The position numbers and the translations under genes were made by a program. A stretch of 28,565 bases of DNA from Candidatus Eiseniibacteriota bacterium (GTDB taxonomy: Bacteria; Eisenbacteria; RBG-16-71-46; SZUA-252), in NCBI GenBank assembly GCA_031370645.1, contig JANMQV010000070.1, positions 1 through 28,565 on the forward strand. The letters are read 5' to 3'. Position 1 is the first letter of the stretch. The number at the start of each line of letters is the position of its first letter. The notes beneath the pieces are model-generated. The model was not told the origin of the DNA and did not search any database. It was given only the letters and a program-made list of their open reading frames with translations. Below, in pieces: positions 1 to 7,502 of this stretch.

Positions 1-886
1 CCCCCCCCACCACCCCCACCCCAAGCCTCCACACGACCTCGACTATCACCAGAGGCGTATCGACGTCGTCTCTGCAGAGGGCATTTTCGAAGTCTCGGAT
101 CACCTGAGCCTTGTCGAAGTCGCGGATCGTCTGAAGCTTCTCGAAGTCGCGGATCGGATGGGTCTTCTCGAAGTCGCGGATCACCTGAGCCTTCTCGAAG
201 TCGCGGATCGCCTGCGTCTTCTCGAAGTCGCGGATCGGATGCGTCTTGTCGAAGTCGCGGATCACCTGCGCCTTGTCGAAGTCGCGAATCACCTGCGCCT
301 TCTCGAAGTCGCGAATCGGATGCGTCTTCTCGAAGTCGCGGATCACCTGGGCCTTGTCGAAGTCGCGGATCGTCTGGGCCTTCTCGAAGTCGCGGATCAC
401 CTGCGACTTCTCGAAGTCACGAATGGGATGCGTCTTCTCGTAGTCGCGGATAAACTGCGCCTTCTCGAAGTCGCGAATCGCTTGGGTCCGCTCGAAATCG
501 CGAGGGTAATAGACCTTCTGGAAGCCCTCGCTCGTCGCGAACTGTGCAAATTCCTTCTTCTGGATCAGCGTCTGGAAATCGGGGCTCCGAACCAGCGACT
601 GGAAGCTGGGCGACGAGGCCAACTTCTGAAAGCCCTCGCTCTTCGCCAGCTTGCGGAACTCCGGGTTCGCCACCAAGCGATGGAACACGTCGCTTTGAAT
701 CAGGTCGTTGAGCGCCGCCGGATCGAGCGCGACGTCCTCGGACGTGATCTGGGTCGAGTGGTACCGATCCGCGGCGCCAATCGTTCCCTGCGTGCCCCAC
801 TTCGGCGGAAACTGGCCCTGCCACGACGCGATTCCGATGCCGGCAGCAACCACGAGCCCGGCGATGATAAAACCACGCTTCTTCAT
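1..886 (-). CDS. Exported or membrane-anchored nonapeptide-repeat protein (partial; no stop codon before the window edge)
   Basis: Manual minus-strand translation from ATG at 886 (SD GGAGGT at 893-898): MKKRGFIIAGLVVAAGIGIASWQGQFPPKWGTQGTIGAADRYHSTQITSEDVALDPAALND-LIQSDVFHR-LVANPEFRK-...-(xxxIRDFEK)n. The N-terminus is basic then hydrophobic. The frame stays open to the edge, and the gene starts 26 bp after the anti-sigma stop. Confidence 0.85.
   Translation of the reverse strand, partial: MKKRGFIIAGLVVAAGIGIASWQGQFPPKWGTQGTIGAADRYHSTQITSEDVALDPAALNDLIQSDVFHRLVANPEFRKLAKSEGFQKLASSPSFQSLVRSPDFQTLIQKKEFAQFATSEGFQKVYYPRDFERTQAIRDFEKAQFIRDYEKTHPIRDFEKSQVIRDFEKAQTIRDFDKAQVIRDFEKTHPIRDFEKAQVIRDFDKAQVIRDFDKTHPIRDFEKTQAIRDFEKAQVIRDFEKTHPIRDFEKLQTIRDFDKAQVIRDFENALCRDDVDTPLVIVEVVWRLGVGVVGG
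83..514 (-). repeat. 16 tandem 27-bp coding repeats (consensus peptide [AT]-[QH]-[VPT]-I-R-D-F-[ED]-K); 7 further degenerate units extend to 703
   Basis: A CGAAGTC-like core recurs every 27 bp from about 88 to about 493 on the + strand. There are no unique spacers, and variation is mostly synonymous or conservative in the minus frame. Confidence 0.95.
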
Positions 887-912
887 TACGACACCTCCCC
901 CTTCATAGGGTG

Positions 913-1722
913 TTACTTGACGGGTCCCGACGACCCGGCCAAAACTTCCGTTCGGGTGGACTGCCTGCCCGAACGGACCTGAATCTCGAGTGGCGCTAGA
1001 TGCGCTCCCTCGCCGCGGAGCTGGATGACGTACTCACCGACGCCGCCGCTCGCGCGCTGCCCGATACGAATGCCCGTAGGGCCTACGGTGGCATCGCCCG
1101 CTCCCGGCGGGACGATGCGGAGATCGCTGATCTGGAAGTTCGTGCCCAAGATTTCGACGGCTGCGTCTTCCGCCGGGCCGGGCACCACCTCGATTTGAAG
1201 CGTCACGTCGGAGCCACTCGACCACGTCGTGACCGTGACGCGGGCCTCACCCGCGGCGACCACTTGCTTCGCCGCCGGCGCCGCGCCGCGGTGGGAGTCC
1301 CTCGGCACCATCGCGCCGCGAAGATTCGCGAGATTGTCCCGGGAGCTCCCCACGAGATTCCCGGAGAACAGTGCGATGGCTAGGACACCCACCCCGACGC
1401 CCGCCGCGAACGGGACCGCTTCCCGCCACGGAACCGTTTGGAACACCCCCGCGAAGAGCGATCGCCAGAACCCATCCCCCGTCACCGGCGCGGAGGCTTT
1501 TGCTCGCGAGGCCGCGGCGCGAAGGACGTTCGGCTTCAAATCGGGGGGAGGGGTCTCCAGCCCGACTTGGTTCAGGGTGCCGACCATCTCGACGAGTGCG
1601 CGGTACGATTCGCGTGCTTCCGGATTCCCGGCGAGGTGAGCTCGGAGCGCTTCACGCTCCTCGGGGGTGGCGATCCCGTCGACCTCGTCGTTGGCGATAC
1701 GCTCGAATTGTTCGCGGTTCAC
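913..1722 (-). CDS. Membrane-bound anti-sigma factor (ZAS/zf-HC2-like N-terminus, one TM helix, extracytoplasmic beta domain)
   Basis: N-terminus DEVDGIATPEEREALRAHLAGNPEARESY resembles the ZAS helical region. TM segment AVPFAAGVGVGVLAIALF. Its GTG start overlaps the sigma TGA stop (GTGA, 1719-1722). Confidence 0.8.
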   Translation of the reverse strand: MNREQFERIANDEVDGIATPEEREALRAHLAGNPEARESYRALVEMVGTLNQVGLETPPPDLKPNVLRAAASRAKASAPVTGDGFWRSLFAGVFQTVPWREAVPFAAGVGVGVLAIALFSGNLVGSSRDNLANLRGAMVPRDSHRGAAPAAKQVVAAGEARVTVTTWSSGSDVTLQIEVVPGPAEDAAVEILGTNFQISDLRIVPPGAGDATVGPTGIRIGQRASGGVGEYVIQLRGEGAHLAPLEIQVRSGRQSTRTEVLAGSSGPVK

Positions 1723-2261
1723 TGTGTGATTCCTTTCCGGCTCAGCATTTCGCCAAGGAGCCGTCGCGCCGTATGGAGTCGAGACTTCACGGTCTTCTCA
1801 GGCACTTCGAGGATTTGGCTCATCTCCGCCTGATTCAGCTCCAGGAAGTGCCTCATGATCACGACGGTTCGATAGTCGGCGTTCAGTTGCATGAGCGCGC
1901 AGCCGATTTCGGTTCCGACTTCGCCGAGAGCAGCGCTCTCATCCGGCCTTCGTCCGTTCGACTCGAGTCCGGGGTCGAGTTCCTCGTGCCGGCGGCGCCG
2001 GCCCCGGTGATTCAGCGACTCGTTCACCGCGATTCGGTAGATCCACGAGAAGAAGCGGTACGACGAGTCGTACGAGTCGAGATTCTGAAAGACTTTCACG
2101 AAGACCGTCTGGGCGATGTCCTGCGCTTCCTCGCGGTCGTTGACCATCCGGAGCGCTAGGTTGTAAATCACCCGCTGGTAACGATCCACCAGCACTCCGA
2201 AGGCTCTCGAACTTCCCTGCTTGGCCTTCTGGATCAGGTCTTCTTCGTCGGTCTCAATCAT
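1719..2261 (-). CDS. ECF (sigma-70 group 4) RNA polymerase sigma factor
   Basis: 180 aa. Region 2 motifs EAQDIAQTVFVKV and FFSWIYRIAVN; region 4 motif EMSQILEVPEKTVKSRLHTARRLL. Confidence 0.95.
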   Translation of the reverse strand: MIETDEEDLIQKAKQGSSRAFGVLVDRYQRVIYNLALRMVNDREEAQDIAQTVFVKVFQNLDSYDSSYRFFSWIYRIAVNESLNHRGRRRRHEELDPGLESNGRRPDESAALGEVGTEIGCALMQLNADYRTVVIMRHFLELNQAEMSQILEVPEKTVKSRLHTARRLLGEMLSRKGITQ

Positions 2262-2335
2262 CAGTACAAGCTGCGCTCACCCAGGTTGGTGAATAAATCG
2301 GGTCCCCCGGAGAAAATCTGGGCCGCGGAACTCCC

Positions 2336-2620
2336 TCATTCAATATTCAGGACCTTGTCGAGGCCGGTATAGCCGAAAACGGTCCGCACGCGCGGGTTCA
2401 TCCCGACCAACCTGAGGCTCCCGCCTGAACCGTGTAACCTCTTGTGTAACTCCAGAATAACGGTGATTCCAGCGCTCGATATGTAGTCCAGGGCCGAGCA
2501 ATCGGCCACGACATCCCCCGAAACGGCTTTGAGCGACTGGCTCGCACGGTCGGTACGAGAGGCATCCAGCCGCCCTGAGATTGAAATCTTTCCGTCTGTT
2601 CCGAGTTTGATATCGAACAT
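2336..2620 (-). CDS. STAS-domain anti-sigma factor antagonist (RsbV/SpoIIAA-like)
   Basis: ISGRLDA...DCSALDYISSAG motif with the phosphoacceptor Ser; ends VFGYTGLDKVL. ATG 2620 overlaps the upstream TGA; SD AGGAG at 2626-2630. Confidence 0.92.
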   Translation of the reverse strand: MFDIKLGTDGKISISGRLDASRTDRASQSLKAVSGDVVADCSALDYISSAGITVILELHKRLHGSGGSLRLVGMNPRVRTVFGYTGLDKVLNIE

Positions 2621-3051
2621 CAATGCTCCTGGCCGGGGGAGAGTGGTAGGGATACCGTGATCGCGCTCACCCCGTCCCGGTGCCCATATTTGAACTCGCG
2701 CGCCAGTCGCCGCACGAGGTGGATACCGCGCCCTCCTCTGGACTGCTGCTCGAGAGGAAGGGAGAGATCGGGCGTCGGGACTTGGGTCGGATCGAACGGT
2801 GCGACGTCGAAATCTCGTAAGGTCAGCCGAACCGCGCCGTCATCGCGCTCTAGTCCGACTTCGATATCGTGGCGCCCGTCCTGGTTATGCCGGACGAGAT
2901 TGGTGAAGAGTTCCTCGAGGACGAGATCGATGGCATGGCTCGGCCCCTCGTCGACGCCTTCCTTCTCCACGAAGTCGTGGGTGAAGTCGAAGATGTCTGG
3001 GAGCACTGCGATATCCCGGGGAAAGCGCCGTACCCAGGCGCGTACCGGCAT
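2620..3051 (-). CDS. Anti-sigma regulatory factor / Ser kinase (RsbW/SpoIIAB-like HATPase_c)
   Basis: N-box LEELFTNLVRH, D..FDP motif and G2 box GGRGIHLV; adjacent to the STAS gene. Confidence 0.9.
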   Translation of the reverse strand: MPVRAWVRRFPRDIAVLPDIFDFTHDFVEKEGVDEGPSHAIDLVLEELFTNLVRHNQDGRHDIEVGLERDDGAVRLTLRDFDVAPFDPTQVPTPDLSLPLEQQSRGGRGIHLVRRLAREFKYGHRDGVSAITVSLPLSPGQEH

Positions 3052-3207
3052 GCCGGACCTCCTGCGTCCCTCGAAATCCAGCGGGGAGTCAGGCCATCAT
3101 AGGGGATTCCGGCGCAGGACGCGCCATAGAGTCGCTAAGTTACTGTTAAATAGAACGATATGGAGACACCTCCTGCTTGCCGCGGCGCCCCGGGAGGGGC
3201 GCTCTTG

Positions 3208-4404
3208 CTAGGCGGGGCGGACGATCGAGCGGTCGATGTCGGCGAGCCGCGGAACACCGGCAAGCGCCATGGCCATCGAGAGTTCGCTTCGGAGGATTTC
3301 CAATACTCGCTCGACGCCCGCGTCGCCGCCAGCGGCCAGGCCGTAGAGATAGGACCTTCCGATCAGCACGCCTCGAGCCCCGAGAGCGAGCGCCTTCAAG
3401 ACGTGCGAGCCGCGCTGGAATCCTCCATCGACGTAGACTTCCATTCGTCCTGCGACAGCCTCGACCACGTCGGGTAGGGCCAAGATGGTCGCTTCCCCGC
3501 CGTCAAGCTGACGCCCGCCGTGGTTCGACACGATGATCGCATCGACTCCCGCGTCGAGCGCTCGGCGAGCGTCGTCCGCGCGCACGATCCCTTTGAGGAC
3601 GATCGGGAGCCGCGAGAACGATCGGAGCCACGCGACCGCGTCCCAGGTGAGCGACTGATCCATGAGGTCGTGAACCCTCGCCGCCATGCCGCCGGGGAAA
3701 CTCCATCGACGGTACGCATCGCCATAGGCGTCGAAGTTGGCCATGGTGACGCCCGCGGGGAGCGTGAATCCGTTTCGGTGATCGCGTTCCCGCCTTCCGA
3801 GAATCGGCGTATCGACGGTGAGCACGAGCGCTCGATAGCCCGAGCGCTCCGCTCGCTCCGCCAAATCGCGCGCCAGGCCACGGTCTTTATAGACGTAGAG
3901 CTGGAACCAGAGCGGGCCTGTCGCCTCTTCCGCGATGATTTCGAGAGGGGTCGATGCGATGGTGCTCGCGGTCATGAGAACCCCCGCCTTCCCCGCCGCG
4001 CGCGCGGTGGCTCGCTCCCCCTCCGGATGGGCGAGTTTGTGGAACGCGGTCGGCGCGAGGGCGATCGGCATGGTGACGGGAGCGCCGAGGAAGGTCGTGG
4101 CTAAGTCGAGGCCGCTCACGTCGACGAGCACCCGATGGAGCAGGACCCACCGATCCATGGCGGCGCGATTTCGGCTCAGCGTCTTCTCGTCTTCCGCGCC
4201 GCCGGAGTAGTAGTCGAACGAAGCGCGGGGCATCTTTTTCCGGGCCATCGCTTCCACGTCGGCGACGTTCAGAAGCGCGGCGAGCGCGGCGGGGCTTGCC
4301 CCGCGTGCGGGCGGCGCCTTCTTTGGCCGCTTCTCCGTCCCCTGCTGCGAGCGACGACGAGCTCCCGCCGTCGTCGCCTGCTTCATCGCCTTCCTAGTCG
4401 CCAT
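3208..4404 (-). CDS. FMN-dependent alpha-hydroxy acid oxidase/dehydrogenase (glycolate oxidase/LldD/Hmo family)
   Basis: Motifs FDYYSGGAEDE, WFQLY, LTVDTP..GRRERD, VSNHGGRQLD, DGG...G..VLKALALGA. Start placed at ATG 4404 on the basis of SD GGAGG at 4411-4415. Confidence 0.93.
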   Translation of the reverse strand: MATRKAMKQATTAGARRRSQQGTEKRPKKAPPARGASPAALAALLNVADVEAMARKKMPRASFDYYSGGAEDEKTLSRNRAAMDRWVLLHRVLVDVSGLDLATTFLGAPVTMPIALAPTAFHKLAHPEGERATARAAGKAGVLMTASTIASTPLEIIAEEATGPLWFQLYVYKDRGLARDLAERAERSGYRALVLTVDTPILGRRERDHRNGFTLPAGVTMANFDAYGDAYRRWSFPGGMAARVHDLMDQSLTWDAVAWLRSFSRLPIVLKGIVRADDARRALDAGVDAIIVSNHGGRQLDGGEATILALPDVVEAVAGRMEVYVDGGFQRGSHVLKALALGARGVLIGRSYLYGLAAGGDAGVERVLEILRSELSMAMALAGVPRLADIDRSIVRPA

Positions 4405-4436
4405 CCCATTCCTCCCGTCGCCGATCGATCGCGCGG

Positions 4437-4940
4437 CTACTTCTTCCGCACGAGTTCGATGGTGAACGGCTCCTTCTTGCCGTTGTCGTTCGACACCCAC
4501 TCCTGCTTCAGGTGGTCCGCGTCGACCAGGACGAGCGTCAAGGCGTCCATCTTCGCTTCACCCTTCTTCCAGTTCGTGATGTCCGTCATCGTGAAGACGA
4601 GGCTCGAGCCATCCTTCGTGCAACGCATGCGCGGCTGGTTTCCCGAACCGCAGTAGTGCGTCATTACGACGGCGTCGCCGTCCGGGTGATAGACATTGAT
4701 CATCGGCGGTTCGCCCATCGGCGCCATGCGCTCCATGATGGCGCTCCCGCTCGCGACGATTTCAAATGTGGTTGTTCCCTTCGAATCCCCCGCACCGACT
4801 CCCTCCCAGGTACCGACCAGCGACTTCAAGTGCTCGAACGCGGGCGGCGGATTCTTGATCGTGTGGTGTTCCTTGGCGGACTCGCCGGCGAAGGCGGGCG
4901 TGACGAGCAGTGCGGCGATGAGGACGACGAGGCGCTTCAT
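4437..4940 (-). CDS. Secreted conserved hypothetical protein (probable small beta-barrel)
   Basis: Signal peptide MKRLVVLIAALLVTPAFA. Motifs FEHLKSLVGTWEG and YHPDG...MTHYC..GNQPRM. Confidence 0.75.
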   Translation of the reverse strand: MKRLVVLIAALLVTPAFAGESAKEHHTIKNPPPAFEHLKSLVGTWEGVGAGDSKGTTTFEIVASGSAIMERMAPMGEPPMINVYHPDGDAVVMTHYCGSGNQPRMRCTKDGSSLVFTMTDITNWKKGEAKMDALTLVLVDADHLKQEWVSNDNGKKEPFTIELVRKK

Positions 4941-5058
4941 GTTGGGATCCCCCTATGAATGGTCCCCCGATTGGGACAGACGGGGAGCCTACCACTATGG
5001 TTGTTCCCATCCAATGGCGGCGGTAGACTCGTGGGATTCCGCCACCTACGGAGGGTAC

Positions 5059-5835
5059 ATGGCTTATCTGAGATTCCCGCTGACCCCGGTGCGGTACCCG
5101 CTCTTCCTGGCGCTGATGATACTCAGCGCGGGATCGGCAAGCCGCGTCGCTAGAGCCGAGGATGCAGCTGATTCACCGCTGAAGGAAGGTGCGTGGGCCG
5201 TGGAGTTCGCGATCAATCCGACTTTCGATTACGGATTCGGCTTCACCGGGTCTGCGACGCTTGCGGCGAAGCGTCACTATTCACCCGGACGTGCACTCCG
5301 GTTCGGAGTCAACGCCGGTTTTAATGAGGACGAGAGCGACGGCACGCAGGGGCATGCCTCCTTCTACCCCCCGTACGACCCCTTCCCCGAGGTCGTGGAG
5401 GGGACCGTATCGCGGCACTCCGAGAGCCATGCCTATTCAGCGTTTCTGCATTACATCCGGGAATGCCCCGTCCGAGACCATGTCGCGATCTTTGGCGAAC
5501 TTGGCCCCTCCCTACGCTTCGCTCAATCGGATTCGCACTCAGAATACATCTCCGGGTACTCAACACCGAGTTTGGGAACCTACGACGATCACAGCGTTAC
5601 CCGTTCTGTTGCGCTCGACGTCAATCTGGGGTTCGAATGGTTCTTCACAAACCGTTTGTCGTTCGGCGCCCGCTACGGAGCATTCGTGGCGTATCAATGG
5701 GGGTCGAGGTCGTCGGGTGGGAGTGACGTGGCGTTGGACGGCACGCGGTTTTCAAGAACCGAGGAGAACCTCGATACGAAGGGTGCCGATGCGGGCACGA
5801 ATCGCGCTACGGTTACCCTGGCCGCCTACTTCTAA
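5059..5835 (+). CDS. Outer-membrane beta-barrel protein
   Basis: SD GGAGG at 5050-5054 and a signal-like N-terminus. Amphipathic strands (LGFEWFFTNRLSFGARY) and a C-terminal aromatic strand VTLAAYF typical of BAM substrates. Confidence 0.78.
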   Translation: MAYLRFPLTPVRYPLFLALMILSAGSASRVARAEDAADSPLKEGAWAVEFAINPTFDYGFGFTGSATLAAKRHYSPGRALRFGVNAGFNEDESDGTQGHASFYPPYDPFPEVVEGTVSRHSESHAYSAFLHYIRECPVRDHVAIFGELGPSLRFAQSDSHSEYISGYSTPSLGTYDDHSVTRSVALDVNLGFEWFFTNRLSFGARYGAFVAYQWGSRSSGGSDVALDGTRFSRTEENLDTKGADAGTNRATVTLAAYF

Positions 5836-5843
5836 GCACATTG

Positions 5844-6287
5844 ATGAACTCGAACATCCTCGACACCCCCGAACTCATCGAATCCGCCGTCCGCGCTGTG
5901 CGTGTCGTCGCGGTGCTCGGCATGAAGGACGGACGTGATCCCGCCGCGCCCGCCTATCGCATTCCGCAGATGCTCCGCGAACGCGAGATCCGCGTGATCC
6001 CGGTGAATCCCAAGTTCGAGTCAATCGACGGCGAACGCTGCTATCCGTCGATCGCCGAAGTGCCGGAGCCGTTCGACACGCTCGACGTGTTTCGCGCGCC
6101 GAAGTTCATCGCGGGAATCGCGGATGAAGTCCTGGCGCTTCCCCCCGAACGGCGACCCACACTTTTCTGGCTCCAGTCGGGGATCCGCGACGACGCGGCC
6201 GCTGCGCGCTTAGCCGCAGCGGGAATTCAGGTCGTTCAGGACCGCTGCTTGGGCGTCGACGCCGCTCGATTCAGACCCCGCGCCTAA
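5844..6287 (+). CDS. CoA-binding protein (YccU-like)
   Basis: Motifs VAVLG, VIPVNP, GERCYPSIAEVP, DTLDVFR, FWLQSGI, VVQDRC. Confidence 0.9.
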   Translation: MNSNILDTPELIESAVRAVRVVAVLGMKDGRDPAAPAYRIPQMLREREIRVIPVNPKFESIDGERCYPSIAEVPEPFDTLDVFRAPKFIAGIADEVLALPPERRPTLFWLQSGIRDDAAAARLAAAGIQVVQDRCLGVDAARFRPRA

Positions 6288-6377
6288 TAGCGGCCGCGTC
6301 ACGCCTCGGACATTGACCGCAAGGAGCGGATATCGGCTCCTGCGCCCTCTCGATACGATTCCCGCAGGAGTGATGAC

Positions 6378-7502
6378 ATGAGCCCCCGCCACCTTTCATC
6401 GAGCGCCGCCGGCGCGCCGAAGCCACCGCGGTCCGACGAGGACCGCTGGAAGGTCGTGCTCGCTCGCGATCCGCGCTTCGATGGGCTTTTCGTGACGGCG
6501 GTTCGAACGACGGGGATCTACTGCCGCCCTTCCTGCCCGGCGCGCCATCCGCATCGCGGAAACGTCCGCTTCTACGCGAACGTGGAGGCAGCGGAGTCGG
6601 GAGGCTTCCGGGCCTGCCGCCGCTGCAAGCCGCGCGACGCCTCGACGTGGGACGTGAGCGTGAAGCGGGTGGAGCGCGTCTGCCGCTACATCGAGCAGAC
6701 GCTCGAGGAGCGGCAGTCGCTCCGCGCGCTCGCGGCGGTGGCGGGGCTCAGCCAGCATCACTTCCTTCGGACGTTTCAGCGCGCGACCGGTGTCACGCCC
6801 GCGGCCTACGCGGACGCCCGCCGTCTCGAGCGCCTGAAGGGACACTTGCGGCGAAAGGAAGAGGTGACCATGGCGATGTACGACGTCGGTTACGGATCGA
6901 GCAGCCGTCTCTACGAACGGGCGCCGCTGGCGCTCGGCATGACTCCGGGCGCGTACCGCGCGGGGGGCGAGGGCGCCATGATCCGCTATGCGAGCGCGGA
7001 GACGGCGGTGGGACGCGTTCTCGTCGGGGCGACGGAGCGCGGTCTCTGCAGCGTGAAGATCGGCGCGAACGAAGGAGTCTTGGCGCGCGCGCTTCGCGCC
7101 GAGTTTCCCGCCGCTAACGTAAAGCATGATCCCGCCGGGATCGGAAAGTGGCTGCGCGGCGTGGTGGCGCACCTGGACGGCCGCGAGCCGAAGGAAGGGC
7201 TCCCACTCGACATCCGCGCCACCGCGTTTCAGCGGCGGGTGTGGGAGGCGCTCTGCCGCATTCCACGGGGCGAGACGAGGAGTTACGCGGAGATCGCGAA
7301 AGAAGTCGGATCGCCGAAGGGGGCCCGCGCCGTGGGGCACGCGTGCGCCACGAATCCAGTCGCGATCGTCATCCCCTGCCACCGCGTCGTTCGTGGCACC
7401 GGAAATCTAGGCGGCTACGCCTACGGGCTCCCCGTGAAGCGCGCCATCTTGGATCGTGAAGCAGGCGGGGGCCCGAAGCGGGCCCCCCGCCCCAAGCGCT
7501 AG
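6378..7502 (+). CDS. ada: Bifunctional Ada transcriptional regulator / O6-methylguanine-DNA methyltransferase
   Basis: Zn-binding N-Ada motifs GIYCRPSC and FRACRRC, an AraC-type HTH, and the C-terminal PCHRV active site; SD AGGAG at 6366-6370. Confidence 0.96.
   Translation: MSPRHLSSSAAGAPKPPRSDEDRWKVVLARDPRFDGLFVTAVRTTGIYCRPSCPARHPHRGNVRFYANVEAAESGGFRACRRCKPRDASTWDVSVKRVERVCRYIEQTLEERQSLRALAAVAGLSQHHFLRTFQRATGVTPAAYADARRLERLKGHLRRKEEVTMAMYDVGYGSSSRLYERAPLALGMTPGAYRAGGEGAMIRYASAETAVGRVLVGATERGLCSVKIGANEGVLARALRAEFPAANVKHDPAGIGKWLRGVVAHLDGREPKEGLPLDIRATAFQRRVWEALCRIPRGETRSYAEIAKEVGSPKGARAVGHACATNPVAIVIPCHRVVRGTGNLGGYAYGLPVKRAILDREAGGGPKRAPRPKR
7464..7491. terminator. GC-rich hairpin at the convergent junction of ada and the downstream gene
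   Basis: GGCGGGGGCCCG-AAG-CGGGCCCCCCGCC lies in the last codons of ada. There is no U-tract, so function is uncertain. Confidence 0.3.

Noticed and set aside
83-514. Possible CRISPR array
   Set aside because: The units are contiguous 27-mers with no unique spacers, they keep a reading frame, and there are no cas genes in the window.
158-982. Plus-strand 274-aa ORF (LLEVADR repeats)
   Set aside because: It is the exact antisense frame of the minus-strand repeat gene, which has the SD, signal peptide and operon context. It would also overlap the anti-sigma gene.
3112-3148. TGGCGCG-N4-GCGC (GG-N10-GC) plus an IHF-like TAACAGTAACTTA upstream of the RsbW-like gene
   Set aside because: The -12 half is poor and the IHF match has two mismatches. 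A TATGAT -10 nearby is an equally plausible alternative, so it is too weak to call.
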